Part shown: piece after piece, positions 61,972 through 64,000 of the stretch
Numbering within the stretch: position 1 is the first letter of the stretch
Layout of the letters: each line of letters starts with the position of its first letter
Made by a program: the position numbers and the translations under genes
Assembly: GCA_028826165.1 (NCBI GenBank)
Contig: JAPDFW010000098.1
Location: 51,173 to 115,172 of the forward strand
Source: Anaeramoeba ignava BMAN
Taxonomy: Eukaryota; Protista; Anaeramoebae
Length of the DNA: 64,000 nt
Direction: 5' to 3'
Notes under the pieces: model-generated
What the model was told of the DNA's origin: nothing
The model's input: the letters and a program-made list of their open reading frames with translations, nothing else
Databases searched by the model: none

Positions 61972-63966
61972 TTAAATGAAATAAGTTTCAACTTCATCAA
62001 CAACCCATAAATTAAGAGAACCAGCTAAATAACTTCTAGCTTCATTTGTATTATGAGTAATCCCATTAGGTAGATTATAACTATAACCAAAATTTGAATG
62101 ACCAGGTTGTAAATTAGATTCTAACCAAAAATCATTTCCAAAAATTGGACCAAAACTTAATTTAGAATAAATTGCACGACCTTTGCCATTATGTGTAAAC
62201 TTTGCAGGTATTCTATCCCCTTTATCATTTCTTAATGAAAAAATAAATGCATTTGAGTCATAAATGTCTCCTGGATTTCCAGATTTAAATCCAACTTGAG
62301 TAAAACCTCCAAAAATAAAATTATCTTTTGTTTTGATAATAACTAATGTTTTTCCTTTCCCATCAACTGCTTTATGCCATTTTTTACAATTAAATCCATC
62401 TTTTTTTGCTGAAAATCCTTTTTTCATTTTAGAAAAAAAATCATTATCATTTATCCATTCTTGTAATTTCTTAACATATTCAATTTCTTGAATAATTTCT
62501 GAATCTGAAAAAATCTTTTGTAATTCCATTTCTTGTTTCATTTTCTTTTCATATTCCAAATCTTTTTGGTATTGATCTCGATATTTATCAAAAACTGGTT
62601 TCATATCTTTATTTTCTTTATCTTTCTCTTCAAATTCTTTCTTCCATTTCTCTTCAATTTCTTTGTTTTTATCTTCAACTTCTTTCTTCCATTTCTCTTC
62701 AATTTCAATTTTTATTTGTTGATTTTCTTTCTCTTTGTTTTCAATTTCTTTGTTTTTATCTTCAACTTCTTTCTTTTTCTCTTCAATTTCAATTTTCATT
62801 TGTTGATTTTCCTTCTCTTTATTCTCAACTTCTTTCTTCCATTTCTCTTCAATTTCAATTTTTATTTGTTGATTTTCTTTCTCTTTGTTTTCAACTTCTT
62901 TCTTCCATTTCTCTTCAATTTCTTTCTCTTTATCTTCAATTTCTTTCTTCCATTTCTCTTCAATTTCTTTGTTTTTATCTTCAATTTCCTTTTCTTTCTT
63001 CTTATTTTCAGATTTCAAATTTCGAATCTCTGATTCAAATGATTTGATTCTTTTATCTCTTTCTTTGATTCTTTTATCTCTTCTTTTAATTTTCTTTTCT
63101 TTCTCTTGAATTTTCTTTTCTTTCTCTTGAATTTTCTTTTCTTTCTCTTTATTTTCAATTTCTTGTTGATTATCTTGAATAATTTTGTTTTGAATATCAA
63201 CTAAAAAAGAATTTGGAAGAATAAAATGAAATTGTTTTAATTTATCAAAATCTTGTTTTGAAATTGAATCTTTATCAAATAATGAAAAAAAAGAATGAAA
63301 TAATCTTTTCTTTGAATTCATTTTCTTTTCATATTTCTTTAAATTTAGTGATTTATTTCTTTTTTTAATCCAATTATCCAAAAATTGAAAAAAATCAAAT
63401 TGAAAAATTTCTTTTTTTTCTTGTTTAAATTGAATAAATTTGATAATTTCTTCTTTAGTTAAATTGAATAAATTCTCATTATTCTGAATTTGGGAAAAAT
63501 TTTGATTTATTAATTCAAAACATTTTATTTCAATTTCATTTGAATTTAAATTTCGATTTTGGAAAAAAAATTGGAAAAAATTTGAATAATTAATTGAATT
63601 TGAAATTTTTTTTTGAATAATTTCTTTCAATAAATTTAATTTAAAATAAATTGAAATTTCCAATAATTGAATAAGATTTTCTTGATTCTCAAAAGAAATA
63701 TTTCCATAATAAATATAACTCAAAATTGATTCCATTTCTTTTTTATTAAATTGATTTAAAAAAATCTTATCAATATCGTTTTCTCCTCTTAATGACTCAT
63801 TAAAAAAAGGAGATCTTGAAGATAAAATTGATTTATGAACTTTAATTTCAAAAGGATTTGATTTATTCTCAACAAAAATTGAAAAATCTTTAAATGAATT
63901 TCCATTTAAAAGGTTTGAATAATCTTTAATTAAATTTTTTGTTACTTTTTTTTCTAAATTTTTCAT
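61972..63966 (-). CDS. BTB/BACK - coiled-coil - TLDc domain protein, intronless
   Basis: BTB motifs KDFSIFV..IKVHKSILSSRSPFF..YIYYG, then EIEEKWKKEVE repeats, then TLDc motifs FSAKKDGF..KGKTLVIIKT..FIFGGFT..AFIFSL..GPIFG..EVETY. Confidence 0.92.
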   Translation of the reverse strand: MKNLEKKVTKNLIKDYSNLLNGNSFKDFSIFVENKSNPFEIKVHKSILSSRSPFFNESLRGENDIDKIFLNQFNKKEMESILSYIYYGNISFENQENLIQLLEISIYFKLNLLKEIIQKKISNSINYSNFFQFFFQNRNLNSNEIEIKCFELINQNFSQIQNNENLFNLTKEEIIKFIQFKQEKKEIFQFDFFQFLDNWIKKRNKSLNLKKYEKKMNSKKRLFHSFFSLFDKDSISKQDFDKLKQFHFILPNSFLVDIQNKIIQDNQQEIENKEKEKKIQEKEKKIQEKEKKIKRRDKRIKERDKRIKSFESEIRNLKSENKKKEKEIEDKNKEIEEKWKKEIEDKEKEIEEKWKKEVENKEKENQQIKIEIEEKWKKEVENKEKENQQMKIEIEEKKKEVEDKNKEIENKEKENQQIKIEIEEKWKKEVEDKNKEIEEKWKKEFEEKDKENKDMKPVFDKYRDQYQKDLEYEKKMKQEMELQKIFSDSEIIQEIEYVKKLQEWINDNDFFSKMKKGFSAKKDGFNCKKWHKAVDGKGKTLVIIKTKDNFIFGGFTQVGFKSGNPGDIYDSNAFIFSLRNDKGDRIPAKFTHNGKGRAIYSKLSFGPIFGNDFWLESNLQPGHSNFGYSYNLPNGITHNTNEARSYLAGSLNLWVVDEVETYFI

Positions 63967-64000
63967 TTCATTTTCATTTTCATTTTGATTTGCATTTTCA

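Noticed and set aside
1-64000. Alternative genetic code (TAA/TAG read as Gln)
   Set aside because: TAA ends ATG12 (WG), Ras (CaaX), cofilin and MOB1 exactly at their conserved termini, and conserved domains have no internal TAR codons.

Overview
Very AT-rich eukaryotic nuclear DNA, gene-dense and intron-rich, with GT-AG introns and the standard genetic code. It is not prokaryotic. The N/Q homorepeats, intronless BTB-TLDc and BTB-fragment genes, Cys-phosphatase-type capping enzyme and TCATTT initiator-like motifs suggest a free-living metamonad such as Anaeramoeba; this is inference, not a database result. I could reconstruct about 20 protein genes by hand. In order: a PAS-like 3' exon, ITPK1, RPL4, a Ras GTPase with micro-exons, RPN8, MOB1, cofilin, a coiled-coil protein, a NAA50-like GNAT, YIPF3, Furry/TAO3, the mRNA capping enzyme, ATG12, TAF4, PI synthase, a ~3,150-aa SH3-(PH-helix-SH3)x6-RasGAP protein, GSAP, a folate-receptor-like membrane protein, SEC13, a truncated BTB fragment and a BTB-TLDc gene. 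Almost every long intron is filled with its own tandem repeat, and most ORF-track entries made of IL/KI/YL/FN repeats are artefacts of these arrays. Single-base frameshifts in homopolymer runs are probably assembly errors. The most interesting candidates are: the giant modular RasGAP; the G-poor repeat-filled introns, including a 36-nt identical splice junction shared by two unrelated genes; 5-16 nt micro-exons; tandem Inr-like promoter motifs; an A-to-T wobble gradient along exons; and a palindromic tandem-repeat boundary into the BTB-family region.
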